From assembly GCA_965222225.1 (NCBI GenBank), contig CBDCTK010000002.1, positions 1,856,001-1,920,000 on the forward strand: a stretch of 64,000 bases of DNA, given 5' to 3'. Positions 10,148-20,149 of the stretch are shown piece after piece; within the stretch, counting starts at the first letter, position 1, and each line of letters opens with the position of its first letter. A model generated the notes under the pieces. The model was not told where the DNA came from and ran no database searches. It saw only the letters and a program-made list of their open reading frames with translations. This stretch comes from Candidatus Poribacteria bacterium. Its GTDB lineage: Bacteria; Poribacteria; WGA-4E; JAJDTR01. Made by a program: the position numbers and the translations under genes.

Positions 10148-11053
10148 TCAGGCGTAGCCCATATCCCTCAATTTTCGAACATCACGCCGCCAGTCTTCCT
10201 TTACATAGACTTGCAATTCCAGAAACACGGAAGCGTTGAGAAACTGTTCTATCTCCTCCCGAGCAAGTCTGCCTATCTGCTTAATCATATTTCCGCGATC
10301 GCCAATCAAGATTCGCTTTTGAGACAACCGTTCAGTGTAGATTATGGCGCGAATATAGATTTTACCATTCGAGCGATGCTTGAATTCCTCAACCATGACG
10401 CCCGACGCATAAGGAATCTCCTGTTGAGTCCTCAGGAAAACCTTCTCCCGCACCGTTTCGGCAACAAAAAAACGATCGGGCAAATCACTAATCTGATCAT
10501 CCGGAAAATAGAGCGGTCCAGTCGGCAAATGTGTAACAATCAGATCGCGAAGTCGTAAAACATCGCCTGAATTCTGGGCTGAAATTGGGACAATCTCAAC
10601 AAAGGGGAACTTGCCTCTGTATTGGGCAATAAGTGGCAGCAGCGCTGGCGCCTCAATCAGGTCTATCTTGTTGATGACCAAGAATACTTTTCTTGACTCG
10701 GATTCGCGTATGCGATTAAGGATCCGTGCTTCAAGAACCGGCGGTAGCTGGATGCCATCGACCATATATATAATCAAGTCCGCATCTTTAATCGCGCGGT
10801 AGGCAGCCTTAACCATCTCGTCGTGAAGCAGGTATTTCGGTGCAACTATGCCGGGAGTATCCAAAAAAATAAGCTGGTAGCCTTCAGTCGTGACGATTCC
10901 CATTATCCGATTGCGGGTCGTCTGCGGCTTAGGGGTTACAATTGCCAACTTCTCGCCCATCATCCCGTTCAGCAGGGTCGATTTGCCGACGTTCGGTTCA
11001 CCGATGATACTAACATAACCAGATTTGAAAGACTGCTGATTGGGTGCGTTCAT
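10148..11053 (-). CDS. era: GTPase Era
   Basis: GEPNVGKSTLLN, PQTTR, DTPG, NKID, KH domain, VFLELQVYVKEDW. Confidence 0.97.
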   Translation of the reverse strand: MNAPNQQSFKSGYVSIIGEPNVGKSTLLNGMMGEKLAIVTPKPQTTRNRIMGIVTTEGYQLIFLDTPGIVAPKYLLHDEMVKAAYRAIKDADLIIYMVDGIQLPPVLEARILNRIRESESRKVFLVINKIDLIEAPALLPLIAQYRGKFPFVEIVPISAQNSGDVLRLRDLIVTHLPTGPLYFPDDQISDLPDRFFVAETVREKVFLRTQQEIPYASGVMVEEFKHRSNGKIYIRAIIYTERLSQKRILIGDRGNMIKQIGRLAREEIEQFLNASVFLELQVYVKEDWRRDVRKLRDMGYA

Positions 11054-12132
11054 TTTCCGGTACCATCCACTGTTGACGAGAATTCGCGATGTGAAGTAAG
11101 CGGGTTAAGACGCGAACCGCTCCATCCACCCGGCGCGGACGGGCTTACGAGTCCAGGGCGCCGTAAACCCGACAAGGCTTGCACGTCATAAATTTCCTGA
11201 CAGACACTCTCATATCTCAGATTGCCAATCGTAGTCCCGCTTGACAGATTGATTACGACGATGCCACAAAACGGTGACTCCCTTGCGATTGGTATATCAC
11301 TAAAAGTCGGGCTCTTGCGGCGCAATTGCGACAGCCCAACAAACAGATAGTCGCCATAGCGCGCCATACCGCGCACAAAACCGGGCAAGCGCGTCACCAC
11401 CTCATAACCGCCTCGCCCCGTGTCCACGTGAGCGAGTTCCCCCTTTGCCGACAGCAACACATAGAGTTCATCATCGTACACCCTAGGAGCGTGCGGCATC
11501 GGTAATCCTCCAAGTACAACTTCGTTGCTTGGGACGTGTATGACAACCCCGTCGGAAGTTTTGCCAGGCCGCCACCCTTCAAAATTATTCGTTTCACCAA
11601 GTGCCGTGACATACTCGGGGTGACCCTCAACCATTGCGACGCCGTTGAGGTGACACCGATCCTCTGGTGCAAGTTCGCTGATGAATTGTGGTCGCCACTG
11701 GGGATTGAAGTTGTTCCGGTCGTCCTTCAGGGAAAGGCATGAAAACAGTGTGTTGACTTGCCATAGCCCCGCCAGCCCCCACACTAGGTCATGGATTTTT
11801 AGTTCGCCACAGTAATACGCCGCTTGTGGTACGTATTGCCCATCGGAGGTGTTCGAACGACGTGGATAACTGCTAGCCAATGCGCGGACGTAGGAGAGCA
11901 TAACCACTTCGTCTTTCGTTGCGACAGCAAGATAATCATCCTTGGCAGCCAGCCCCATAGGCGAGTCAAAATCTTGTGACACCTGAACGAGATTTTCGGA
12001 GTCTCCTGCGCTAATGTAGATAATCTTGTTCGCTTGGTAGATACTAATTACAAGCGTACACTGGAGTTTCCAGAGTAGCTCGGAGAATTCCGTGGAATGA
12101 GTGCATAAAACAGGGGTTAGTGGTTGACTCAT
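11050..12132 (-). CDS. TIGR03032 / DUF4915 family protein
   Basis: Motifs VNTLFSCL, WRPQFISELAPEDRCHLNGVAM, GLPMPHAPR, PGFVRG, FVGLS, EIYDV; ATGA overlap with era. Confidence 0.85.
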   Translation of the reverse strand: MSQPLTPVLCTHSTEFSELLWKLQCTLVISIYQANKIIYISAGDSENLVQVSQDFDSPMGLAAKDDYLAVATKDEVVMLSYVRALASSYPRRSNTSDGQYVPQAAYYCGELKIHDLVWGLAGLWQVNTLFSCLSLKDDRNNFNPQWRPQFISELAPEDRCHLNGVAMVEGHPEYVTALGETNNFEGWRPGKTSDGVVIHVPSNEVVLGGLPMPHAPRVYDDELYVLLSAKGELAHVDTGRGGYEVVTRLPGFVRGMARYGDYLFVGLSQLRRKSPTFSDIPIARESPFCGIVVINLSSGTTIGNLRYESVCQEIYDVQALSGLRRPGLVSPSAPGGWSGSRLNPLTSHREFSSTVDGTGK

Positions 12133-12301
12133 ATCTGATTTTGATGGGCCGAGACGATAGATATTATGTCGTATACGCTTCGGAACACAGATTCGCGTTC
12201 CTTACAGAGTGCTTCTCCGGTCTCTTCTTCCAGTAACACAGATCCCAAACTCAAGAAAGAACCGAGTTTCACCGTATCAAACACAACTATTCCGCGCTTT
12301 C

Positions 12302-12342
12302 GCCAATCCTCCAACTTTCCAATCTTCCTGTCTTCCATTTCC
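12302..12342. repeat. Short tandem octamer repeat (CCAATCTT-like)
   Basis: ccaatcct-ccaacttt-ccaatctt-cctgtctt-ccattt. Confidence 0.5.
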
Positions 12343-12350
12343 GATTTACG

Positions 12351-13308
12351 TTAAAATCCTAGCTGTTTATCAACCTGATTCCGCAGTGGCAGATCGCCTC
12401 GACAGAATCGATCGAGGTTCTCGCTAAAAATCTCAAGAACATACTGTCCCTCGTGCTGTGTGCCGCCGGAGATATGCGAGGTAATCAGCAAATTCTCAAA
12501 TCCCAGAGTTCGCTATCCTCTGGCAACGGCTCGGGATCGAACACATCAAGAGCCGCCGATGCCAGTTGTCCACTTAGCAGCGCATCAGCCAATGCGCCTT
12601 GGTCGATGATACCGCCCCGAGACATTCCAACGAGCATCGCAGTACGCTTAATCAAGGCGATCTGTTCGGCGCCAATCATGCCGGTTGTCTGTGGAGTGCG
12701 CGGCACGGTCACTATAACGTAGTCTGACTCCCGCAACAGGTCGCTAAGTTTATCGAATCCGTGCAATTCGTGGACAAAATCGGGTTTGTTTGACGGATAA
12801 AGATCCGCCGCTATAATCCGTGCATCAAAGCCCTGCGCGCGCTTCGCCATCTGGCGCCCCAGAATTCCAAGCCCGATGATTCCCACTGTGCTTCGGGCAA
12901 GTTCAACCGCTTTGGATCGAAGACTTTGATCCACTGTCTCCGCTGTTGCTTGAAAATCGAGTCACGAATACAACGCGTAAAAGCCAGTATCATACCGATG
13001 GCGCTATCGGCGACAGCGCCCGCATGAGTGCCACTCGCGCTTGTTAACAACACATCACTGTCTACCAATTCCGGTATAGCGACGAAATAGTCCACCCCAG
13101 AGCTTGTTGACTGAATCCATTTTAGCTTCTTTGCCCGCAAATATAGATTGCGATTCAAACCACCGACGAAAACGTCGGCATCCACAATTGAATCCGGTAT
13201 CTCTTCTCGACTGTTACAATAGTCGAAGTCAAACTCCGGATATTTATTCTTGAGGCAGGGGATTCCATCTCTCACTGCTAGGTGAGTCGGGGCAAACACA
13301 ATTTTCAT
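12351..13308 (-). pseudogene. D-2-hydroxyacid dehydrogenase with two frameshifts
   Basis: N-part (LKWIQSTSSGVD, HAGAVADSA), middle (GIIGLGILG, SRGGII, ALDVFDPEPLP) and C-part (ENLLITSHISGG..NQVDKQLGF*) lie in separate frames; shifts near 12933 and 12497. Confidence 0.75.
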
Positions 13309-13403
13309 CAAATACTCTCCTCGAATTGGTCTTCGCTTGATCACTACGATTCTATAACCTACATTGATTGTCTTTATTCTGAAACAACCGCCGTACCGCT
13401 ATC

Positions 13404-14237
13404 TCACCCCTTTTTCGCCTCCAATTCCAGGCGCCCTTTCAGGTTGTCAATGAACTGGCGGGCAACGCGGCCCGAACGTCCGCTGGATGACGCCTCCCAC
13501 TCCAGCGCTGCACGACGCAACTCCTCTGCCGGGATCGATATGTCATATTTCTGGGCGTAGTGTGAGACCATCTGTAAATATGTGGCTTGGGGAATCCGAT
13601 AAAACGCGAGACGCAGTCCGAATCGATCGCTTAGGGAAACCTTCTCTTCCGTGGCTTCACGAGGGTACAATTCGTCTTCATCAGCGTCGGGAAACTGGTT
13701 TTCCTTAACCTGACGCGGCATGAGGTGCCGCCGATTTGATGTGGCGTAAATGAGGACGTTCTCCGGACGCGCCGCAATGCCGCCTTCCAACATGGCTTTC
13801 AACTCTCGATACTCGGGTTCCCCTTCGCTGAAGGCGAGGTCGTCGCAAAAAAGAATGTACCGTTCCGGGCGCGACCATAGCAGGTCCGCAATTTCTTGAA
13901 GGTGTAGCAAACCGTCTCTGTTTACCTCAACCAACCGTAGTCCTTGACTTTCGTATTGTCGAAGCATGCCTTTGATGAGCGAGGATTTGCCGGTTCCGCG
14001 GTCACCCCAAAGCAGAACGTGGTTGGCAGGCAAACCGCGTAGAAACTGGAGGGTATTTCGATTGACCTCCTCAATTTGACGTGTAATGCCGATAAGATCG
14101 CCAATCTCTACGAGATCAGGATGCTTAATCGGAAGCAAATCTCCCGAACCGTTCTGACTACGCCATCGAAAGGCATTGTACTCGTCAAGCAGATCGTCTG
14201 CCGACGCAATTGGCAGACGTGATGTCGTCGCGTTCAA
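13404..14237 (-). CDS. DUF815 family AAA+ ATP-binding protein
   Basis: NHVLLWGDRGTGKSS, LFCDDLAF, YATSNRRHL, EEKVSLSDRFGL, SGRSGRVARQF. The true start may be about 25 codons further upstream. Confidence 0.9.
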   Translation of the reverse strand: MNATTSRLPIASADDLLDEYNAFRWRSQNGSGDLLPIKHPDLVEIGDLIGITRQIEEVNRNTLQFLRGLPANHVLLWGDRGTGKSSLIKGMLRQYESQGLRLVEVNRDGLLHLQEIADLLWSRPERYILFCDDLAFSEGEPEYRELKAMLEGGIAARPENVLIYATSNRRHLMPRQVKENQFPDADEDELYPREATEEKVSLSDRFGLRLAFYRIPQATYLQMVSHYAQKYDISIPAEELRRAALEWEASSSGRSGRVARQFIDNLKGRLELEAKKG

Positions 14238-14453
14238 TAACGCCTCGGCTTTGTCGAGAAGCCGCTCAAGGCGGCAAATAATTACTCTCCAATCGGAGGT
14301 TGTCTCGTCGATTTCTCCATCTCCTTTGTGAATTACGCCCTTTGATTGAATTGCAAACGTCCTCTAACCCAATCGAAAACCCGTCGGATAGGGACTGGAT
14401 TTGCCACGACAATCCGAGAATTTACCACTAACCACTACTATATAATTACCATC

Positions 14454-15203
14454 TCAAGGAAATAGAATCCGTCCGCCGCTTGCGATTACGGTGGATCCCG
14501 TCATAAAACTAGATTCCTCGCTCAATAGAAATGCGATTATGTTCGCTATCTCATCCGGTTCGCCCACGCGGCCAAGGGGCGTGGTTGATTGCATATGTTC
14601 CAGCATCTCCCTTGAAAGCTCGCCCAGCATATCTGTGCTAGTCGCGCCGGGGGCAACGCAGTTGATGCGGATATTATGTTCGGCAAAAGGCTCACAGCAC
14701 GATTTCGTTAGCGAGATGACCCCCGCCTTTGAGGCACCGTAAGCCAGTTGATGCGGGCGGACCGCTAACCCAGCGATTGAAGCCAAATTGACGATGCGCC
14801 CGAACCGCCGTTCCATCATGTGATCTTTCACCGCCCAAATTACGTTGAATGAGCCCGTTAGGTTGACGGCAATGATGCGGTCCCACTGTTCGGGAGTCAA
14901 CTCGTCAAACCCTTGATTGCCCACAATTCCCGCATTATTGACCAACAAATCAATGCGGCCAAGTTCATCTATCGCCTTCGCGGCCATCGCATTGACTGCT
15001 TCTCGATCGGTCACCTCAGCCGCCACGGTGATACATCGCCGCCCCATGGCACGAATCTGCTCACACACCTCCTCTGCTTTACCCGCAGATTGAACGTAAT
15101 GAACGGCTAAATCCGCGCCTTCATTTGCGAGTTTGATTGCTGTCGCTTTACCAATTCCTCGACTAGCCCCCGTTACCAACGCCGCCTTGCCCTCAAATCT
15201 CAT
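14454..15203 (-). CDS. Short-chain dehydrogenase/reductase (FabG-like)
   Basis: TGASRGIG, NNAG, YGASK, PG motif. Confidence 0.9.
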   Translation of the reverse strand: MRFEGKAALVTGASRGIGKATAIKLANEGADLAVHYVQSAGKAEEVCEQIRAMGRRCITVAAEVTDREAVNAMAAKAIDELGRIDLLVNNAGIVGNQGFDELTPEQWDRIIAVNLTGSFNVIWAVKDHMMERRFGRIVNLASIAGLAVRPHQLAYGASKAGVISLTKSCCEPFAEHNIRINCVAPGATSTDMLGELSREMLEHMQSTTPLGRVGEPDEIANIIAFLLSEESSFMTGSTVIASGGRILFP

Positions 15204-15363
15204 TGATTCGCCCCCGTTCTTAACATGAAAAGTCAGGTGAAGCGCCTCTCACGTTTGGAATGTGTTTTGATTCTTCGGTTATTCCCGTCAATCCGTGAAA
15301 CGACATTCTAACACATTCGCGAAAATCATTCAAAGCCTGAAATCTCACATTCACGTATTTCTT

Positions 15364-15393
15364 TTGATTCACGCTCTCAACCTGTGATACAAT
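15364..15393 (+). promoter_or_regulatory. Putative sigma70 promoter for nfo
   Basis: TTGATT-18 nt-TACAAT with extended TG. Confidence 0.45.
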
Positions 15394-15433
15394 GCCATTG
15401 ATTCAAACCGAGAAAGGAGTGAAAAATTTTAAC

Positions 15434-16276
15434 ATGCTTCTTGGAGCCCATGTATCTACCGCTGGTGGTTTATATAAATCAATTGAAAACGGAGAAAAAT
15501 TGGAATGTGAGGCAATACAAATTTTCGTGAAGAACCCCAACCGCTGGGTCGGCAAAGAGCCAACCGAAGACGACACCAATCGGTTCAAAGCGTCCTGGCA
15601 AGCGTCCGCAATCCAATCCGTCCTCATCCACGACATCCATCTCACCAACCTCACTTCTCCCAAACCTGATGTGCTTGAGAGTTCTCGAGAACAGGTTCGC
15701 TCACAGTTGCAACTGGCAGATGTCCTTGGAATTCCCTATTTCGTAACCCACATGGGCGCGCATCTTAACGCCGGTGAAGATGAAGGCTTGAGGTTGTTGA
15801 GCGAGAGTCTCAACCTACTCTTCGAGCAGACAGCGGACGGCGAGGTGATGGTGCTGCTAGAGACTACTGCCGGACAAGGATCGAATCTGGGTTACACCTT
15901 TGAGCATCTACGCCAGACTATCGACAGTTCGAAATGTCCGGAAAGGCTCGGCGTCTGCCTTGATACCTGCCATGTCTTCGTCGCAGGCTACGATATCCGA
16001 ACCGAGGAAATGTATCACGAGACCTTCGATGAATTCGATCGGGTAATTGGTCTTGACCGGCTACGTGCGTTTCACCTCAACGATGCAAAAGCGAAATATT
16101 GCAGTCGTGTTGACCGCCATGAACACATCGGCGAAGGGAATCTCGGCGAGCTTCCTTTCAAACTGCTTCTGAACGATGCACGGTTTGCGGATGTCCCGAT
16201 GGTCATTGAGACGCCAAAGATGGAAGAGATGCACGCGACGAACCTCGCCGTGTTGAGGAACCTAATCGCGACGTGA
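15434..16276 (+). CDS. nfo: Endonuclease IV
   Basis: LGAHVSTAGG, LLETTAGQG, GVCLDTCH, FHLND, DRHEHIG, IETP. Start moved to MLLGAH because the ATG at 15392 overlaps the -10 box. Confidence 0.93.
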   Translation: MLLGAHVSTAGGLYKSIENGEKLECEAIQIFVKNPNRWVGKEPTEDDTNRFKASWQASAIQSVLIHDIHLTNLTSPKPDVLESSREQVRSQLQLADVLGIPYFVTHMGAHLNAGEDEGLRLLSESLNLLFEQTADGEVMVLLETTAGQGSNLGYTFEHLRQTIDSSKCPERLGVCLDTCHVFVAGYDIRTEEMYHETFDEFDRVIGLDRLRAFHLNDAKAKYCSRVDRHEHIGEGNLGELPFKLLLNDARFADVPMVIETPKMEEMHATNLAVLRNLIAT

Positions 16277-16425
16277 GATTGTGCGGGGTGGTAGATTCTT
16301 AGGATGGTCGTAGGCGGGGAGGATTTTTCGCACCAACCGGGTGAGTTTTGAACACAACTCAAAGACTACATTGACATCCGGTAATCCGCTGATGAATGTC
16401 TAGCAGCGGCTTCCTTTTCTTCGGT

Positions 16426-16524
16426 ATTAGGACTTCCGCAGTTCGGTTTGTGCTAACGATTCTCGTTTTGAAGTTTGCAGATCTTAATACGAACCCGTAG
16501 GTGTTGAACTGCGTAAGTCCTAAT
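16426..16524. repeat. MITE-like element with AGGACTTACGCA-type terminal inverted repeats
   Basis: attaggacttccgcagttc ... gaactgcgtaagtcctaat (19 bp, 1 mismatch). Related shells at 23322-23611 and 59173-59239. Confidence 0.65.
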
Positions 16525-16582
16525 TTTGGTTTAGATAAGGGGCACGGCTCTAGGTTTATTGTCCAAGCTTTCAGGCTATCCA

Positions 16583-18091
16583 ATGTTTCTGATACTATTC
16601 CGCCGAGAATTGCTCGCAAATCTGATGACACTTCGATTTTTTGTCGCTGTCGTCACCTGCCTGATACTAGTCATTGCCAGTACCATCGCACTTCTTCAAG
16701 ATTACAAACACCGCCTAGCTGTCTACAACACCGCCGTGAAAACACATCGCGAGGATGTGACCGATGCCAAGACCTATTCGCAACTGCGGCTGTATGTGGA
16801 TCGCCCCCCGAACCCGCTCAGCATCTTTAACCAAGGGCTTGACAAACGACTTGGCAATACCGTCCATGTTCATCACCAATTTGTGCCTACTCTACTGGAC
16901 GCTCAACAACATGGTGTGGACAACCCCTTCCTCAATCTCTTCTCCGGCATGGATTTGGTTTTTATCTTCCAAGTTGTCCTGAGCCTAATGGCATTACTGT
17001 TCGCTTACGATGCGATCGCTGGCGAACGCGAAGCGCATACGCTTCGTTTAATGGCGACCAATCCGGTGCCTCGAAGTCTCATTCTTCTGGCGAAGTATGC
17101 GAGTGCGATGGTATGTCTCGTCTTATCGTTGACAATCAGTATCCTCATGGCGCTGTTTCTGTTAACGACTTCGGGATCAGTTGCCTTCTCAGGCGAGGAC
17201 TTTCTTCGGATACTTGGAATTCTGCTGACATCCATGATTTACCTCTCCACGTTTTATCTGATTGGACTGCTCATTTCGACTGTTTCGCGCCGTACCGCGA
17301 CAGCTTTGGTGTTCGTCATGTTTGTGTGGGTTATGCTAGTGCTGGTTTATCCAAGTCTATCTGTTGCAACCCTCGATCGATTAATAAGCACCGAGGAAAA
17401 GCTAAAAACAGCTCTGTCCGAGATAGAACAGTTCTGGGATCGGTATGATGCTGATGAGAGAGCTTCGGTCAAAAAGAACTCCGTACGTGCTTATAGCTAT
17501 CCTGCGCGCATTGGTCACGGCGACCATCTCAAATATTCCGGGGGTTACAACAATCAAACCCTGCTTCATCATAGATTTTGGTGGACATATGATTATGAAA
17601 AAATTGACGAAGATAAAGAAGAGTTGGTCCCGAATGTGAAATCCCATTGTCAGTTCATGGAATCATCCCGAATTCGCGCCGCGGAAAAGACATGGCTGGT
17701 TCGAAGAAAAGCGCTCGATCAGACCTACGGCCGCAAAGCGAATGCTGTGCAAATGGCGATCCGTTTTTCGCCGGCGGCAACTTATGATTTGGCAACAGAG
17801 GCTTTAGCAGGCACAAATCTCCAAGGGATTGAGCGTTTCGCGGAGTCGAGCCGGCAGTATCGGCGCACTCTGATTGAATATCTGCGGGAAAAGAAAGCCT
17901 TTTCCTCCAGGCAATGGTTTTCTCATGACAAAGGCAGCGTACGTTGGGACGACTTACCGCAGTTTTCCTATCAGCGGGCAGATTTGGGGAGTGATATTAT
18001 TGATGTTGTTCCAGATCTGATTCTGTTGCTGTTGATTAACTTGGTGATATTTTTGGCAGTCTTTTTGTCCTTCCGCAGACAGGACTTATAG
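16583..18091 (+). CDS. ABC-2 type transporter permease with large extracytoplasmic loops
   Basis: RRELLANLMTLRF, DLVFIFQVVLSL, YDAIAGERE..TLRL, multiple TM segments. Confidence 0.85.
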   Translation: MFLILFRRELLANLMTLRFFVAVVTCLILVIASTIALLQDYKHRLAVYNTAVKTHREDVTDAKTYSQLRLYVDRPPNPLSIFNQGLDKRLGNTVHVHHQFVPTLLDAQQHGVDNPFLNLFSGMDLVFIFQVVLSLMALLFAYDAIAGEREAHTLRLMATNPVPRSLILLAKYASAMVCLVLSLTISILMALFLLTTSGSVAFSGEDFLRILGILLTSMIYLSTFYLIGLLISTVSRRTATALVFVMFVWVMLVLVYPSLSVATLDRLISTEEKLKTALSEIEQFWDRYDADERASVKKNSVRAYSYPARIGHGDHLKYSGGYNNQTLLHHRFWWTYDYEKIDEDKEELVPNVKSHCQFMESSRIRAAEKTWLVRRKALDQTYGRKANAVQMAIRFSPAATYDLATEALAGTNLQGIERFAESSRQYRRTLIEYLREKKAFSSRQWFSHDKGSVRWDDLPQFSYQRADLGSDIIDVVPDLILLLLINLVIFLAVFLSFRRQDL

Positions 18092-18189
18092 GATCAAGCG
18101 AGTGAATAGCGAGCGAACAACCGACCGGATAGGGAGGACGATAGACAATCCCGTGCGATAGAGTTCCTACTGCGATAAAGATTCCATTA
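18089..18189 (+). repeat. Modular A2-B3 repeat insert inside an AGGACTTACGCA repeat
   Basis: Two 22-nt A units and three 17-nt B units; homologous inserts at 23348-23400 and 23433-23534. Confidence 0.6.
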
Positions 18190-18238
18190 CGCAAGAGGAC
18201 ATGCAATCTCCAACGAATCCCACATTGGTGAGTATTCT

Positions 18239-19678
18239 ATGATTTTTGGCATAGCGAAACGCGAACTTTACGACAACATGATGAGCCTCCGATTCGCGCT
18301 GATTGTGCTGATGATGCTCACAGTAATGGTTGCCAATGCCGTTGTCTCCCTCGGCAAATACAGTGAGCAAATCGGCGATTACCATAGAAATATAGCCGAT
18401 GAACTCAAGGAGATGGAGCTCCACGCAGAGAGTCTTCCCGATTTGGTCTTGTATGGGCCCGGTGAACTCCATAAGCAGCCTTCCGCACTTTCGTTTTGTG
18501 CGAATGGCGGAGAAGCCTTTCTTTCCAATAATGCCGATGGCAGGCCATTGGAACGGTGGTGGGGAAGCTACCCAGTCCGATTCAACGGCATCTGGCGGAT
18601 GACTTATCCTCAAAGCAATCCAAGCCTGTGGGATCTCCTGCCGGATTCTACTCAGATGGATTGGGCATTTCTGATTGGAGTTGTGTTGAGTTTCGCCGCG
18701 ATTCTGTTTACTTTCGACGCCATCTCCGGAGAACGCGCGCGCGGGACGCTACGCTTAATGCTCGCCAATAGTGTTCCACGCCACGTGGTGTTGGGCGGCA
18801 AATTTCTTGGGGCGCTGATAAGCATTGGTCTTCCATTTCTCATGGCAGTGTTGGTCAACCTCTTTCTACTTTATACCTCTGTCAGCATCCAGTTAGGAAC
18901 AAGCGACTGGGCGCGGTTGGGAGTAATCGTTCTGATTGGTTTCGTCTACATAGCCATCTTTATCACACTGGGGCTGCTGATTTCCTCCCGCGCCCGGCAA
19001 TCGTCATCAAGTTTGATGGTTCTCACTTTAATCTGGGTTGTCTGGGTGATTTTGATACCAAACACCGTCGGGTTGGTTGTCAGAAGTCTTAAGCCGGCAA
19101 TGACTAGTGACGAATTTCGCCAACGACGGGAGGAACTGTATCAGCAGGTGACACAAAAATATCTGGATCGGGGGCTGCTTGATGCTGATTTTACCCCGCG
19201 TGAGATTCCGCCTGCAAAGGTCACCTTGTTGTGGGGCGAGTATCACCTAGAAGAATCCCTCGGTGACGAAAGATTGCTTGAGGCACATTTGAGAGCGCAA
19301 ATAGATCAGGTTGTGTTTGCGAGATCGTTGGCACGCGTATCACCCGCAGCTGTCGTCCAGTATGCCATCGAATCCTTGGCGGGAACGGGCTTCTCACGAC
19401 ACCTACAGTTTCTTTCCCAGGTCAAGATTTATGTGTCCGAGTTTCGAGACTTCCTCGTCGAAGTCGACAAAGCGGACGCGGAAAGTCCCCATGCGCTCTT
19501 TTTTCCATATGCGATTTCGTGGAAGCCTGTGCCTATTGACGCCATCCCGAAATTCAAGGACCGCTACAGCTTCGGCGAATCGCTAAATGATGCTACTGTG
19601 GATACGTTGCTGTTGGTACTGGTCTTTGTGGTGTTATCCGTCGCATTATTTCTTTCTTTCCTTCGGGTTGATGTTTAG
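18239..19678 (+). CDS. ABC-2 type transporter permease (paralog of the upstream gene)
   Basis: KRELYDNMMSLRF, DWAFLIGVVLSF, FDAISGERARGTLRLMLANSVPR, SPAA...LAGTG. Confidence 0.85.
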   Translation: MIFGIAKRELYDNMMSLRFALIVLMMLTVMVANAVVSLGKYSEQIGDYHRNIADELKEMELHAESLPDLVLYGPGELHKQPSALSFCANGGEAFLSNNADGRPLERWWGSYPVRFNGIWRMTYPQSNPSLWDLLPDSTQMDWAFLIGVVLSFAAILFTFDAISGERARGTLRLMLANSVPRHVVLGGKFLGALISIGLPFLMAVLVNLFLLYTSVSIQLGTSDWARLGVIVLIGFVYIAIFITLGLLISSRARQSSSSLMVLTLIWVVWVILIPNTVGLVVRSLKPAMTSDEFRQRREELYQQVTQKYLDRGLLDADFTPREIPPAKVTLLWGEYHLEESLGDERLLEAHLRAQIDQVVFARSLARVSPAAVVQYAIESLAGTGFSRHLQFLSQVKIYVSEFRDFLVEVDKADAESPHALFFPYAISWKPVPIDAIPKFKDRYSFGESLNDATVDTLLLVLVFVVLSVALFLSFLRVDV

Positions 19679-19925
19679 AGCTTGTTTGAGAACGTTGTTT
19701 GCCAACCTTGGGAACTTTCATACTTTTCATACCTTTCATACCCCAATGGAAGTTTTCAATAGAGACAAAAAAAGGGTTATAACCCTTGCTATGACTGGGT
19801 TCTTCGAAGTTTCGACATTAAAACCATCCAAGAGGAGGTATGAAACTGTAGTTGTCACTCGGAACAGATTGAAATCTCAGATTGACACGATTTTCATAGG
19901 AGAAGATGGCTTTTCAAGCAGGCTC
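19678..19925. mobile_element. MITE-like element, GAGCCTGTTTGAAAA-type TIRs
   Basis: gagcttgtttgagaa ... ttttcaagcaggctc, flanked by TTA/TAA; same TIR family as 40117-40267; internal 9-mer tandem (tttcatac). Confidence 0.6.
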
Positions 19926-20149
19926 TAAACTTGACCGGATTGGTCAGGTTTTCCACCTTAAATCTCCTTCATTTCTGTCAAAGGATGGGAGTACGTTCAG
20001 ACTAATTTTCTGGTATTCTTGGGTAGGTCAATTTATAATAGATAGCATAGGCTTGTATCCAATATATTATTGACGAGTTTATCCATTTAGATTTTGCTTG
20101 CGCAGTCGTAACTCCAGCTTATTCCAATTTCTGTTACTTAAGGAAGATA

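Noticed and set aside
18089-18189. Modular repeats as a CRISPR mini-array
   Set aside because: Units abut with no unique spacers, are divergent, and no cas genes are present.
19587-19928. 113-aa ORF with HTFHTFHT repeat
   Set aside because: It is a translation of the MITE-like element and its 9-mer tandem.
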